Shown piece by piece: positions 27,448-39,499 of a stretch of 64,000 nucleotides of DNA (positions are counted from its first letter, which is position 1; every line of letters starts with the position of its first letter). The translations under genes and the position numbers were made by a program. The notes beneath the pieces are model-generated. The model worked only from the letters and a program-made list of their open reading frames with translations, was not told the origin of the DNA and searched no databases. Origin of the DNA: Camelus ferus (taxonomy: Eukaryota); the NCBI RefSeq assembly GCF_009834535.1, contig NC_045697.1, forward strand, positions 86,678,001 through 86,742,000, written 5' to 3'.

Positions 27448-28382
27448 ACTGTGTGCCCTTGCTTCACTGCACTTCCCTTATCTGTATCTCACCCCGTTCC
27501 CTCTTTCTCTTCTCCCTATCCTTTAAGAACTTCTCAGAGGAGGTGCAGATGGGGATGGTAGTAAAAAACATGCTCTCTGCCTTAAAAGCCAGATGGGAAA
27601 CAGTCAAGTAGATTTGGGAATTTGTTTGTTTTGTAAATTCAGAATCCCTGAACATGTTAGGGGATTATGGCTACAGAAACCCAGTCAGATTAGCAGTGCT
27701 ACTCAGAAGTTGTTCTAGCAGACTTGTTGATGGTGTCTTCTAAAGTCTGCCTTTAGTCTGAAGATCAGTTTGGGGTAGGGCTTGGGGGGTCAGCTGGCAT
27801 TAACTTGGAGTGCCACTACCTGATCTAAATAAGAGGCTTGGCAGGTTGAGGGCTAAAGAGCTGGGTAGGCAGAAGTCTCTGGGGTGATGTTGTATAGACT
27901 TGCAAAAACCCAATCTTATTCATACAAATGGAAATAATCGATTAGATTTCCCCAGCATGTATAAGGATTTCAGTGGCAGCTGAGTCTTGATGGTTGGCAA
28001 ATAGTACAGAATTCTTGGTTTTAGAACTGGAGTCCTCCAATGGCCCATGACACAGTTTTACTGACTGAAGGACAGGCTAGTGTCTTTTGGTGCTTGAAAT
28101 GTTACAGCATATTTGACTGATTGACCCAGGGCTTGTGCATTGCTGCTGTAGAGAACTTCCTCCTTTTATCCCACCCCTCTACACTCCCAGCACTAGTTTT
28201 TGCATCCACAGAAAATCAGGAGGATTTGGACTGGGGAAGGAGGGCGAAGTTTTTCAAGATGTGAGCCGCAGTAGAATAAAGAAATTGGGGAAAATGGATA
28301 GCATCTATCCCTGGCTCCTAGAACTGGGTTTGAGCCTAGATAATGGAAAGGATGTTTTGCTTGCCTTCTGCTACCCTTTGGA
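27448..28382 (-). pseudogene. Large (~935 nt) linker exon
   Basis: Strong acceptor ctttctcctcttcttcag, donor gtaagt; long sparsely interrupted frames ending KFLKDREKRKRERGEIQIREVQ*SKGTQ. Confidence 0.5.
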
Positions 28383-28534
28383 CTGAAGAAGAGGAGAAAG
28401 CCAGCAGGCAAAGAGCTGTGTATTGTATAGATTGAGTGACCAAGTTATACCAAGTTAGGACTTCTCCCCTCCCGGAGCGCAGCATGGCTGTGGTGCCTTG
28501 AGGATTGTCAGATGATGGGGCACTAGAGAAATAC

Positions 28535-28702
28535 CCTTGGCATCGCCTTGATGTTTTCATAAGGGGCTACAGATGTTTTCCAGTGGCTCTCTGGACTGCA
28601 CCACTGTGGAAAAGTGCGCCAGATCCAAGACAGACACATGTGAAGTACACCCTTCATACTGGTGCTCACAGTTAACTGAGACTTTGAGGAAGAGTTGAAA
28701 TC
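28535..28702 (-). pseudogene. 168-nt exon, phase 1->1
   Basis: tttgcttgattgcag|...|gtattt; GFQLFLKVSVNCEHQYEG... continues the RLPxFLxSxxYxEY-like motif. Confidence 0.6.
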
Positions 28703-28797
28703 CTGCAATCAAGCAAAGGGACATACTAATTTGGAAATTTATGCTTAAGCCTAATATATGCCTGTTAAGAAAATCATAAAACGCCCTCTGCGTGACT

Positions 28798-28799
<2 letters not shown>

Positions 28800-28831
<32 letters not shown>
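28800..28831. repeat. (TG)n microsatellite
   Basis: Direct observation; lies in the intron between the 28932 and 28702 exons. Confidence 0.95.
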
Positions 28832-28832
<1 letters not shown>

Positions 28833-28931
28833 GAAGGTCAGGATTTAATATCTCAATACAGTGAGAGGCATATTTATTCTATATTAGTAGATCTTCTTTC
28901 TGGCCTTCCCGTTCCTATATAATTTTTTAAC

Positions 28932-29248
28932 CTTTCTTAATCTCTATTGATTAAGAAGTGGTAGAGACTAGGTCCAATTACAGCATTGTATACTGTTGAG
29001 AATATTTTTCACCAAAATTCATTTTAGGAAAAAATATTCTAGCACCAGAGATATCTCCATGTTTTTCTCCCCTAAAGCTTTTAATGAATGAGCTCTTGTT
29101 TTGCGTTAGACACTTTACTTTTTTTTTTCTCTGGTGAAATAAAAGCATGTGCATGATAGGACATTTGAAATTAGGGAGCTTTAGAAAGAAGAAGACAGAC
29201 CACAAATCATATACTGCCATAAGCCTACTTTGGGAAACACCACCAGTA
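28932..29248 (-). pseudogene. Exon with RGS22/RGSL1-like N-terminal motif, phase 2->1
   Basis: ctgatcctgccag|...AAAG|gttaaa; 317 nt with no net frameshift; ...MAVYDLWSVFFFLKLPNFKCPI...QQYTML*LDLVSTTS*SIEIKK. Confidence 0.65.
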
Positions 29249-29994
29249 CTGGCAGGATCAGAGAAGTGGAGTCCAGTCCACTGGTAGATGAGGACCAAAG
29301 TTGCCCCTCAGTTTATTAATGGCAGAAACAGGATTAAAGCAAGATTCCAGCCTGCTTCCAACTACATTTTAATAGTGGCCTTCTGGAGGCAATAATGACT
29401 TTGCTTTTCTATGTAGGCCTTGGAGAAGACATATTCTTGGGGATTTCAGACCACATAGTAGAGGGGACAACACAGCAAACTATTGGGGAAACACTGTAGA
29501 TTCACTGAAGCCCTGATGTGATTTGGGCCTGCACAACAGACTGTCCTGTTAAGTGTATATTCTGGAACCCCCCAAAAACATCTGTTTTTGCCCTTATTTC
29601 TGATGGCCACAAGGCAGTATTTCTGTTCTCCCTATCACATTCAGTCCAAGGGAAAATACCAGAAAAATTAATTTACTCCAATCTAAATGTAACACCTCTC
29701 CCAGAGACAGTTGCAATTTTAAAGAAGGATTGAAGGTATAAGTCAAAGGAATTAATTTCTAACTGTGACATTTCCAGTATCTTTAAATAAAATGTAGAAC
29801 CATTGACAGAGGGCCATGGTGTTATATTACATGGAAAAGGTAGCTAACTGGGAAGATACCCCACATATTGAGACCAGGGCAGGCTTCAGGCATTCTAAAC
29901 CCTAAGTGAGTCTTATTGAAGCAAGCTCAGAGTACTCCCATGGTTTCTTTCAGACACCAGGAAGAAGCCCAAGAATGGCTTAATTAGATTGGAA

Positions 29995-30800
29995 ATATTT
30001 ATTCATTCAGTCAATACACATTCATTGAGCATATGTTGTATGTAAGGCTTAACCTTAGAATGTGGAGGAATTAAAAAGATGTTTAAATTATTTTCTGGTA
30101 TTAGGGAGTCTTTATTCTGGTAAAGGAGATAAAACATATGTATAAATAACTTTAACACAAGGTAAAAAAAAGTGGTGTCATTAGAAAGATTCTTGGGTTT
30201 TTTTTTTTTTTTAAGACTAGAAGGTGCTAGAGCATGTTATTGAAAGAAGAACATATGTCCATGAGAGACAGAGAGGGAATTATTAAAGGGTCAAGAGAAA
30301 TAGAGTTTTTGAGAGAATGATGCTCCTGGAGTGAAATGTGGTGGGGTCAACTTGGTAGACTGGCTGGGAAAGAGACATAAAGGAAGGAAGAAAGAGCTTG
30401 GTGGGGCAGGGGTGTGAAATACTAAGAAAATATAATTTGAAAAGGAAAAAAGTATAGGAGGCTTATATTGAGCGGCCTAGGTCCATATTACATAGGATGG
30501 GAAGCTGTTTATTGAGGGTGAGCGTGGCAGCAGTGATGCTGGGGCTTGGTGGAAAGGTTTACTCTAAACCTTTATTGGTGCATCTGTTAAAGAGAGAACC
30601 TCGTCAAGTAGCGGTGATGGCCGAGCAGGTCATGCTGCATGGTTTTATTATGGATTCATTCAGCCCAGGTTTGTGACTTTGTATTCTGAGATTGAAAGTG
30701 AGGGCAGAAAGGGTGGATGGGGACTTTAACCTAATGGGATTTGGCAAAAGCACAGGTGGAGGAGAGAAAGGAATGGATGAAGAATGCCCAGAGGAACATC
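29995..30800 (-). mobile_element. L2 fragment
   Basis: attcattcagtcaatacacattcattgagc (antisense L2 3' end). Confidence 0.6.
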
Positions 30801-32489
30801 ACTATGAGGATGAACCAGGGGCTGGGTGGCGGGGAGAAGGCATGTGCAGCTAGAAGAGCCAGAGGATCTGAGAAAGCCTGGTACCTCTCCCTGACACATT
30901 CATCTAAGCCCTACCTAGTGATCTCCTCCACTCTGCCCTGAGGGTGAGTCCCTTTACATCAGTAGGAGAGGAAGTGGGTGAGTGTGGTCACAGGGCTCCA
31001 AAGGGCAGAATCTTAATAACGCAGTGGCTGAATTTGAATGCAGTTAGACTTCCTGTAGATGTAATTCATGGAAAAAAATATCCTCTCTCACTTACATTTT
31101 TTAAAATGTGAACACACACTGCAAAGCAAAAACATTTATCTGTATAACAATGTCGTGTTGTTAAAAAATACAGAAAATATGATTAAATAAATAAAAACGC
31201 TTAGGAACAATTAGGCACTTTACAAATTCTTAGCTGTCATCAATCATTATTCAGTCTCACCCTGTTTTCCCTGGGCTTGTGTAGATTTTTTTTTCTTCAT
31301 CTTGAATCTCTATACTTAGAATCAAAAACCACTCCAGAATTGAAAAACCTATACCAGGAGTCAAATATCTGATCTTTATTTCACTGTAAGTTTTAACTTC
31401 CCTGAGGTGGGGATTTTCAATTTTTTTAAAAGTTCTTTGTGTTCTAAAATGAGGAAGAAACTGTTTTTCTTCATTGCCACTTCTGAAAGAGAACAGATGA
31501 GGTCACTAAGTAAAACCCTGTCTTTCCCCTAGTCAAGATCTCTAGTTACTTTTTTTCTTCTTGGAAGGGACATACTTCTTTCCCCGCCTCCCAGTCAACA
31601 TCCTTTCATGGTTATCTCCTTAGGATCGCTGTAGCTTCACATCCATGGATGAAGTCTAACATGGAATTTTGGTTGAGAAATTAGACTCACCAGAACATGA
31701 CTTTTAAAGAGAGAATTCACCAAGATCTTGAGATAGAGGTTAAGTCCCAGGTAGACTTGTCCTGGTGGATGCATCACATCCACGGCTGTGGGCCATTTAG
31801 GAATCAAAGGCTGTGGGGCCGCGTAGGACAGAACTTCTGGAGGGCTGCCCTGGCCCTAGCTCCTTCTCACTGATTTAACAATGGTGGTCCTCCCATCACC
31901 CAGCTCCTGCTGTAGCCACCATGCTCTACCAGGCCCTGCTGAGGTCTCCTCAGTTACATTCTTGGTGCTCAAGTTAATTGTGTGACTGACATTGAAAGGT
32001 AAATAGCCTTTATTTAAAAATTCATTTAAAATAGTCATTAAAAAGGATAAGGATCACAACTGAGCCATAACCTTACCCTGGGAAGTAGTAGACAGCCCCA
32101 AACTTGGGTCCTGGTGTCCTCACTTACTCTGTGAACTCAGGCTGGGTGCCAGGCTCATACAAAGTCTCAACTGTGTCAGCAGCTCATTTGCTTTTCTTCT
32201 TGGTGCCACCTTTGGAGGGAGAACTGAGTGAATCCCTGAGCGTGCCAGCTTTGTGGAGTGAAATCACTTTGAGGGGAAGGAGGCAAAGAAGGACTTTGCA
32301 CCCCACCCTTGCATGGGATCGGTATTGTGATAAAGGCTGCTCCAGAAAGTGTCTGTGTGTCTCCAGGGCCCTGACCTTAGACCTCTGAAGTTGGGGCAGT
32401 GGGCACTGCAGGTTTAGAGCTGGGTTTCAGGACAGCTTTAGGACAGGAAGGGTATAAAACAGCAATGGCAGGAGCCCGCCCTATGTCTC

Positions 32490-32670
32490 GAGCTGTGTCT
32501 CAACCCTGTCTGCACTTTAGAATCACTCAGGGGGTTTTGAGAAAATACCAATGGCTGGCCTGTCCCAGACTAATTGAGTTAGCATCTTAGGAATGGGGTC
32601 CAAGCACTGGTATTTTTTTAACAGCTTCCGAGGTGATTCAGATGCACAGGCATGGTTGAGAACCACTGGC
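32490..32670. mobile_element. MER5A-like hAT MITE
   Basis: gtgtctcaaccct...agaatcac...ggtgattcagatgcac...ggttgagaaccactg termini. Confidence 0.8.
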
Positions 32671-32904
32671 CTAGAGTCTCTTCCAGGCTCTCCCTCTTAT
32701 CTCAGGCCTGCAGTGACCAATCCATCTCTCCCAAGATGCTTCAGAGGAAGTAGAGGTTAGTTCTTATTTGGGATTTAGCCAGTGATGCCCCAGATGCTCT
32801 TGAGACTGTTTCCCTTTGTTTCATTGTGAAACTCAGTCTGTCAGTTATTGAAGGGTCATTTGATTAATTGTTGTTTTCACAGATTCATATATTGTTTGTT
32901 TAGA

Positions 32905-33145
32905 GGCAAGAAATGCCATGGTTAAAAGCAGAGGCTCTGAAGTCAGCCCGCTGGGTTTCAGTTGCAACCCCACCACTCACTACTTACTAGCTTTGTGATC
33001 TCTCAGTGCTTAAGTAACTATAAGATTGGATGATGGCAGTATCTTCCTTTAGTTCCTGCTGTGTGTATGTATTTAATGAGTTACTGTATCTAAAGTGCTT
33101 AGAATAGTGTCTGATACAGTGATTGTTCAATAAATATTAGCTGGG
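32905..33145 (+). mobile_element. MIR SINE
   Basis: ggttaaaagcagaggctctgaagtcag...aaagtgcttagaatagtgtctg...caataaatattagct. Confidence 0.75.
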
Positions 33146-33487
33146 GTTTTTTTAAATCATTTTACTACCAAGCTCCTTTGGTTAGAAGCAAGAGCCCACC
33201 TTTGATTACTACTTTATGTTATTCAGGGAAGCATTACTTCTAAAACACTTTTGGAGCTTACATCTGCTGAGGAGAAAAAATTTTTCCCCCAATTATACAC
33301 AGCAAACTATGTATCTTAAGTATATCCATTTTTGTAACCTAAACCCAAATACTGTGAATATGATTTTAATTTCCTAGAGGAGATTTCAAGGAAATTGAAA
33401 TAGGACAAGATATCATGGCACAAGGAAGTGACCAGGCTGATGTGACTCAGTGTGGATCAGCATGGGATGAGGAATGCCAGGTCTTAG

Positions 33488-33735
33488 AGGTTGCATTGTA
33501 TCCTACCCCAAAAAAGGATACATTGAAGTCCAAATCCCCATCACCTTATTTAGAAATCAGATCATCACAGAAGTAATTGGTTAAGATGAGGTCTTACCAG
33601 AGTAAGGTGGGTTCCTAATCCAATATGACTGATGTCCTTGGAAGAAGATGGCCGTGTGTGAAGAGAGACATATGGGGAGAACACCATGTGATAACAAAGG
33701 CAGAGACTAGAGTCATTTGGCTGTACTGAGACGTT
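33488..33735 (+). mobile_element. MLT1 (MaLR) LTR fragment
   Basis: gttaagatgaggtc...ggtgggttcctaatccaatatgactgatgtcctt. Confidence 0.8.
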
Positions 33736-34151
33736 TAGTATGGTCCAGTGGCTGCCGAGTGGCAGAGCCAAGGTCAAACTTCAGGGTTCATGCTTCGAGT
33801 CACAGCCATCTTTCAACATTAGCAAAAAGAGAAGCTCTGAAAGTAGAGAAACAATCACCCTAGCTGCTTATCTGTGGAGTTGGGCAGGAGCAGACCAACT
33901 TGCTCCTTCCAGGAGTGGGAGGTGTAGGCACCAGACTCAAGGAAGACAATGATGTGGGCCCCATCCTTTCTCCACCAGCTGTGAGAGACTCCAGTGAAAC
34001 ATGAAAGGAACAAGTAAAAGCAGTTCCCAATGACAGCTACATAGGGTTTTTAGAAATTTTCCTCTATTGAGAAAATTAAAAGGTAATTCAGACTTTGGTT
34101 GAACTTTTGTTTTTATGATTGATAGTCAAATGTCTAAAATGTGGAACTCAC

Positions 34152-34580
34152 TGTATTCACACAAGCATGCTAACTACTTTTAGTACCGCAATAGATGGAG
34201 TTCCCCCAACACAGAGATCTGAACAGTTCTATCTGTGTGGTCCACATAAAAATGTATGGTACATTTCCACTTGTACATGTTGCTTTGTCATGACAAGGAG
34301 AACTTCCGTTTTTGACTTGGTATCTACACGAACTAAATCCTTTGCTTATACATGTGAAGATTCTGGTGATGAGAAGAAATTTTCGTAGAGCAGCTTCTGA
34401 TGTCATACATTTCAAGCACTTTTTCTCCTCTGCTCCCCGTATCTACTGATGCTGGGCATGGCAGGACACATTCATATGGTTAATCCACCTCTAGCCCTTT
34501 CTCTTCATGTCACGACACAGATGAGTTGGCACCATAGGGCGGTAGGAACACTCCTGGATGCCATTCCTACGATAGCTTAA
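34152..34580 (-). pseudogene. EGF-like repeat + putative transmembrane exon
   Basis: ctttgtttatag|...|gtgagt. Frameshifted pieces ECSYRP, GANSSVS*HEEKGLEVD*PYECVLPCP...TGSRGE, SSPCHDKATCTSGNVPYIF, then hydrophobic LCVGGTPSIAVLKVVSMLV. Confidence 0.6.
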
Positions 34581-34666
34581 CTATAAACAAAGAGGACTGC
34601 AAACCATATGAGCATATGCTACTAAACCTAAACTAACTATGTTTCCAGTGTAATTCTCCCTTAGCC

Positions 34667-34875
34667 CAATGTTTCTCAACCTCATTTTCCCATTTATCGC
34701 CTTTCTCCAAGGAATGTTCTTAGACATTTTTTTCTTAATTGCCTCCTTCATGAAATTTTACTGCCAAAGATATATTGTATATATGTTTATATAATGTGTA
34801 TCTATGAGCTTTATACATAAAGAATGAGATGTTTTGCCTCTGTGAGGAGCAATGTCACTGCATTGAGAAAGCATG
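34667..34875. mobile_element. hAT-Charlie-type MITE
   Basis: Inverted termini caatgtttctcaac / cattgagaaagcatg. Confidence 0.55.
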
Positions 34876-35051
34876 CCTTAGCCGAATCTCCCTAAATATT
34901 TATGCCATTCTCATGCCACTTGGCCCAAGGGAAGATGTGACAGGGGGTAAACTGGAAGGAAGAGGAACATATGACCATAGGAACACATTGAGAGGAACCC
35001 TCCCAGTGCCCTGGAAGGGATCAGTTTAAGTAAGGAAACACGATGCTTAAC

Positions 35052-35358
35052 CTCCTTTTTCTTCATGGTAAATACACCTCTGCCAATGTGATGTGACTTT
35101 TGGGGGCATGACAAATAAGAAAATCACAGAGAAAAATCAGAACGTGATCTTCCTTCAGAAAACCAGGCGACTGTCCTAATATCCTTCTTATCCCCCAGGA
35201 AACAGGGTCTATGCTCACTCCCTTCCTGAAAAAGCAAAGAAACAGACCAGTGAAATTCCCCAGAAAAGACTGAGAAATCTGCAGAGAAATCGGTCTCTCC
35301 TATTATTTCAAAATCAAGTGACTTCTCAGGCATAGTAACAGTTGGTTTCATAATATAA
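35052..35358 (-). pseudogene. 307-nt exon, phase 2->0, one stop
   Basis: aaaatacag|...GAG|gttaag; YIMKPTVTMPEKSLDFEIIGETDF...SDFSL*FSYLSCPQKSHHIGRGVFTMKKKE (ORFs 35124..35351 and 34911..35114 are the same frame). Confidence 0.65.
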
Positions 35359-35617
35359 CTGTATTTTTAAAAGATTAAGTTTTATTGTAAAGTGTTCATT
35401 GATTTGGCAATGGTGACTGAAGACATTTAAAATAATTGAAGTGCTTATACAGTTGTCAATATATCACTACTTACTGACTTTAAAAAACAAACTTAAATTC
35501 AATTTAAAATGTTTAAGTCTTGACTGATAATAAGAAAGCATTCAAACTATAGCTGGTGTGTATAAATACTGGACATTTGGTACTATGCTACCACCAGTAG
35601 AATTTACTGATTTTCAC

Positions 35618-35822
35618 ATTTCTTCATGCTTTGAAGGAAAAGTGAATTTGAAGGATGTACATATTGATATTACTGTGATTATAAAATGCTGTGTTTTGAG
35701 GATCTGTAGGGTATCACATAGCTGGTCATTCAGTCTCCGCTGGGCTGGGAAATGCTGCTCGATGCTGTTTGCCTGAGAATATTGACTGCAGTGTAAAGGA
35801 TCATTCAAGATGTTTTTACAGA
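35618..35822 (-). pseudogene. 205-nt exon, phase 1->2, fully open
   Basis: ctttctattttaag|...|gtgaaa; CKNILNDPLHCSQYSQ...FTFPSKHEE (overlaps ORF 35614..35808). Confidence 0.6.
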
Positions 35823-38772
35823 CTTAAAATAGAAAGACAGGTTTTACTTTTTTCCCATGTAGGGGAGAGTGGAACATTTTAAAATTGAGACACTTAAAAA
35901 GAATTCCAAGATAAAAGAAAGTGAGACTTGAAATTTCTAAGTAGTTCTGGGTCTTTTAGTCACAGTCCCCAAGTCATTTCTCATAAGGTGCTTTTATTTT
36001 TGGTAAATTGCACACTTGCTCATATAAAAGCAATTCTTATTTACAGTGTTTAGGAATACAAGGGTTTAATTTAGAAAATTGATAATAATGATCAAATAGC
36101 ACTCAGTACAGAGTATGCCTATAATAAAGAGAACCACGTGCTGTTGCCATTAAAATGTGAAAGCACTCCTTCAGAGTGACTTAGCTTCCCTAAGCCACAG
36201 TTTCCTCTTCTATAAAGGGTTGTAATAAAGTATTTTCCAAAAAGGTTGTTGTATGGATTAAACAAACTACGTCACAGTGGTTTAGAACTTGTCCTTTGTT
36301 CGCAAGTATGAAGAATTGTTGCCATTACTCTTGTTGTTTTGAGTTGGAGTGTCAGGAAAAACTCTTCTTGCCCAAGCTCTTCTGATTGCTGTGTGGCGGT
36401 CTGCTTATAGGTTGTCATTCTTGTTTTTTAATATAGGGATTCACAGGATTTGCTGTGATGATACTGTACATAATTATCTATTAATCATGTCATGATTGTA
36501 CTCAATTAACATGTCCTGTCTACTTGTTTGTATCTACTACTAGGCTATAAGTTAGCAGGGCTCAATTGTGTGTTGAATGAATACCAGATAGACGATGATG
36601 ATGTCATGATAGATAGTTACACACTTCAGTTTTCTCAGGTGAAATGTTTTTCCCATGTGGTTTTAAAACCTGCCTCAATTGTAACCTGAGGCCTCCATGA
36701 CTCATTCAGCCTCCCAACCAAAAACACCAGGAGTGCCAGTTACTGTAAAAGGCAATGTCTTCAGAAAGAAAAGCTGTCTACCTACAGTAACTAAACAGAA
36801 ACCACCTACCATCTAATTTCAAGCTGTCCCATGAACCACCAAAGAGCAGGAATTTTCCATTCCCATCTAAGAAGATTGCTGTTTAACAAGTGGCCTAAAT
36901 CACTTTGGAAGGTATTTTGATTGGAGTAAAGAAAGTGATCTACATATACTCGTTAAAACTGTCTTGAGTCTACAGTGTGGACTACAATGTGCTAGTTTCC
37001 CTGTGGGTTACATGAGAATGGAAGCCCCCTGCCCCTGCCCTCAAAGAGCTTGCTACTGTGTCAAGGAGATAAGTCTATGCTAGAGAAGGGAGGATTGATT
37101 CAAAAGTATCTCAAAGGACAACAGACATACAAATTATTGGCTCTCATCTTGTGATTTCTGGGGATGTTATCCCAGAGGAAAAAATAATAACTCTGTTGAC
37201 TTTTTTGGTAAATTTTAGACTTAGAATTAAGAATTATTTAATTTTAATTTTATTTGTACAGTTGGAACATAAAAGGGTCAGGGTGATTTCAGAAAAAAAA
37301 AGAGCCTAGTAAATTTACTTTACTCCGCTTTGTACAGATTTTTGCTTCTTCTACATAGGAATGTAGCTGAGAGTAGCCTTCAGCCCAGGGTCCTTCCTGT
37401 TCCTCTGTGGATTTAACAGTTCATAAACATAATGCTGGCCTCAGGAAGCCAATGAAAGAACTCATTCTGGCTAGAGCTTGAGTTGAAGATAAATGCCCTC
37501 CAGTCCTTTCTTTCCCCATGATGTTATCTCTGCCCTGTCTAAACAGGACATGGTAAGGCAGGAAGGATCAACAGACAGAGATGTGACCAAGCTAGAACAG
37601 GTTGGCAGGGTAAAGGGGGCTGGGAGCTTCTGAGTGGGGACCCTACTGAAAGGTTAAGGGCCTAAAACAAGGTAGATTCTTGTAACAGTGGGATGAGAAG
37701 GAGGACATCATGGATGGGTGGAGATAAGAGTGATGAGTGACTCAAATTCACACTCAGTTGAAAACAAGGTATTGTCAGCAGGACTGTCCTACAGCAACTG
37801 GACTGGAGCTAGGCTGAAGCATCTTCCTTGATTTGGTCACATGTGTTTAGGTGAAGCAGAGACTGGAGGCCTCATGCATGGCCTGGGCTTAAAGGTAGCC
37901 ATTCCTGCTGGGATTTGCTTTGCCTCTATATCAGTTAGGACTGCTTTCTTCCTCGTGTATCACTTACAAGATGGACACTGCAGCTCTGGACGTCACATCC
38001 ATGTTCATCCAAGACAGTAGGAGAGGGGCTAGGAGAAAGGGGTTAATGTTAACAAAATGTTTTTTTCTGTCTTGTTGCCAGAATGGTGTCACTTGGTAAT
38101 GCCTGGGGATTCTAGCAAGAAAGACTGAGAAATAAATTGTTTTTGCATCCTCTAAAATAGATAGAGTCAGAAGAGAGCTGGATCTGGGTACAGGGGAAAC
38201 AACATACAGTGTCTGTCACTGGCTCTGAAACAATCCTCACCACTTGCTCCCTTACCACTCCATCCTCAATTCAATATTTTTTTTTAAAGTAGAGAACACT
38301 CAAGGATATTTCTAGTAGAAAAAGTCATCAGGCTCACTCAAATCCTTATGTAATTTATAGTGACTGATGCTATGCTATGGAGAGGTTAGGTAGAATAAAT
38401 AATGACAAGAGCTTTCAGCATTAATGACCTCAGAGACAGCAATTTCAGTAGAGGGATGCACAAAGGACATTTGGTATGTTATTTTACTCACCTCAACCTG
38501 TGTCTCTGTGGCAGCCATGAAAGCAGGGCATCAGCATTACCTTCTAGCATTTCTATTTATGACATCAGCTTTTGCTGACAACCAGAAGCAGACTTCTTCA
38601 CTTTCCCTTTTTCCTTCTCCCTTCTCCTCCCCAAACATATTGAGATTTATCCTTCTCATATATCAAGTATTATTCTCTCCTCCCCTTCATTTCTGTTTGC
38701 ATGTAGAAGATACTGTTGTTTCTTGAGTTATTTGCACAGCAGATTCTGGTAAAAAGAACTCTCTGCTCTTAC

Positions 38773-38882
38773 CTGAACAGAAGCTGTCTGGACAACTTCA
38801 TTTGTATTGATGAACTTTACAAATAGCATCCCTGTTGGACCATCACTCAACCAACAAAGCCATGTGGCGCACACCAGATAAT
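38773..38882 (-). pseudogene. 110-nt exon, phase 2->1
   Basis: tttttaaacag|...CAG|gtaaga; LSGVRHMALLVE*WSNRDAICKVHQYK*SCPDSFCS. Confidence 0.55.
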
Positions 38883-39499
38883 CTGTTTAAAAATAGTTTT
38901 ACTGAAAAGACAAATTGGCATAAACCAGAATTGGTTTAAAACCCATATTTCCAATCACTTGTTTTGCATCCTTTTGGTAGTGTTACTTATTTTACTTTAT
39001 AATGATGTCACATAGGAAGCCCAGTCCTGCATCTATAGGAGGCTTTGCTCAATTACCAAAAAAAACTGAAAAAAAAATTTTTCTACAAATGGTTATGGGA
39101 ATCACATAAGATCAGAAGTAAACTGTGATGTGAAGCACAGTGCAGGTCACAGCAAGCTCTTTACCCCTAAGGCAGTAAACACTGAGCGAGACTGGAAAAC
39201 TGCTTCTTGGGGAGTCAGCTGGTTGTGTTGAGTGTAGGCTTTAAGCTTCAAAGAACTACATGGAAGCTGGTTTGGGAATTTAACAAGATGATTATAAATT
39301 TGGTTCTAGACATATTGAATTTGAGATTCTAATCTAGAGAAAGGTCTGGATTGAAAAGCCAAACAGGATTATGTAAATGGGGAAGGGAAAACTGAAGAGA
39401 AATTGAGGCTGAAAGAGATTTGAGTCCATCCCTGAAACTGTGGAGCTGGTTAAGGTTACTAGTGTAGAATATGGGATGAGATAAAAGAAGGTTTGATGA

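Larger units (their letters stand above)
370..29248 (-). pseudogene. Multi-exon decayed gene, distant RGS22/RGSL1-family homolog (3' half of the exon chain)
   Basis: About 20 exons with AG/GT ends and mostly compatible phases. Translations resemble my recollection of RGS22/RGSL1: FFFLKLPNF (cf. FLSLPTF), IEIKK|GFQLFLK (cf. IKWIKKERLPAFLES), HLNRQ|GKIIFPLKSS (cf. RGSL1 YLNEQIGPCLPLKSQ). Many in-frame stops and frameshifts. Confidence 0.8.
31096..33314 (-). pseudogene. Five short linker exons (33314-33262, 32266-32128, 31985-31871, 31726-31691, 31118-31096)
   Basis: Donors gtaagc, gtaagt, gtgaga, gtgagt, gtaagt. Lengths 53, 139, 115, 36 and 23 nt give phases 2->1->2->0->0->2. Peptides ISLHKAG...ETLYEPGTQPEFT, DHTINLSTK...IVKS, ILVNSLFKSHVL, CVFTF*K. 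The 33314 acceptor is weak. Confidence 0.55.

Noticed and set aside
8270..29248. Calling the pseudogene RGSL1 or RGS22 itself
   Set aside because: Similarity is limited to scattered motifs, far below what mammalian orthologs would show, so no gene symbol is assigned.
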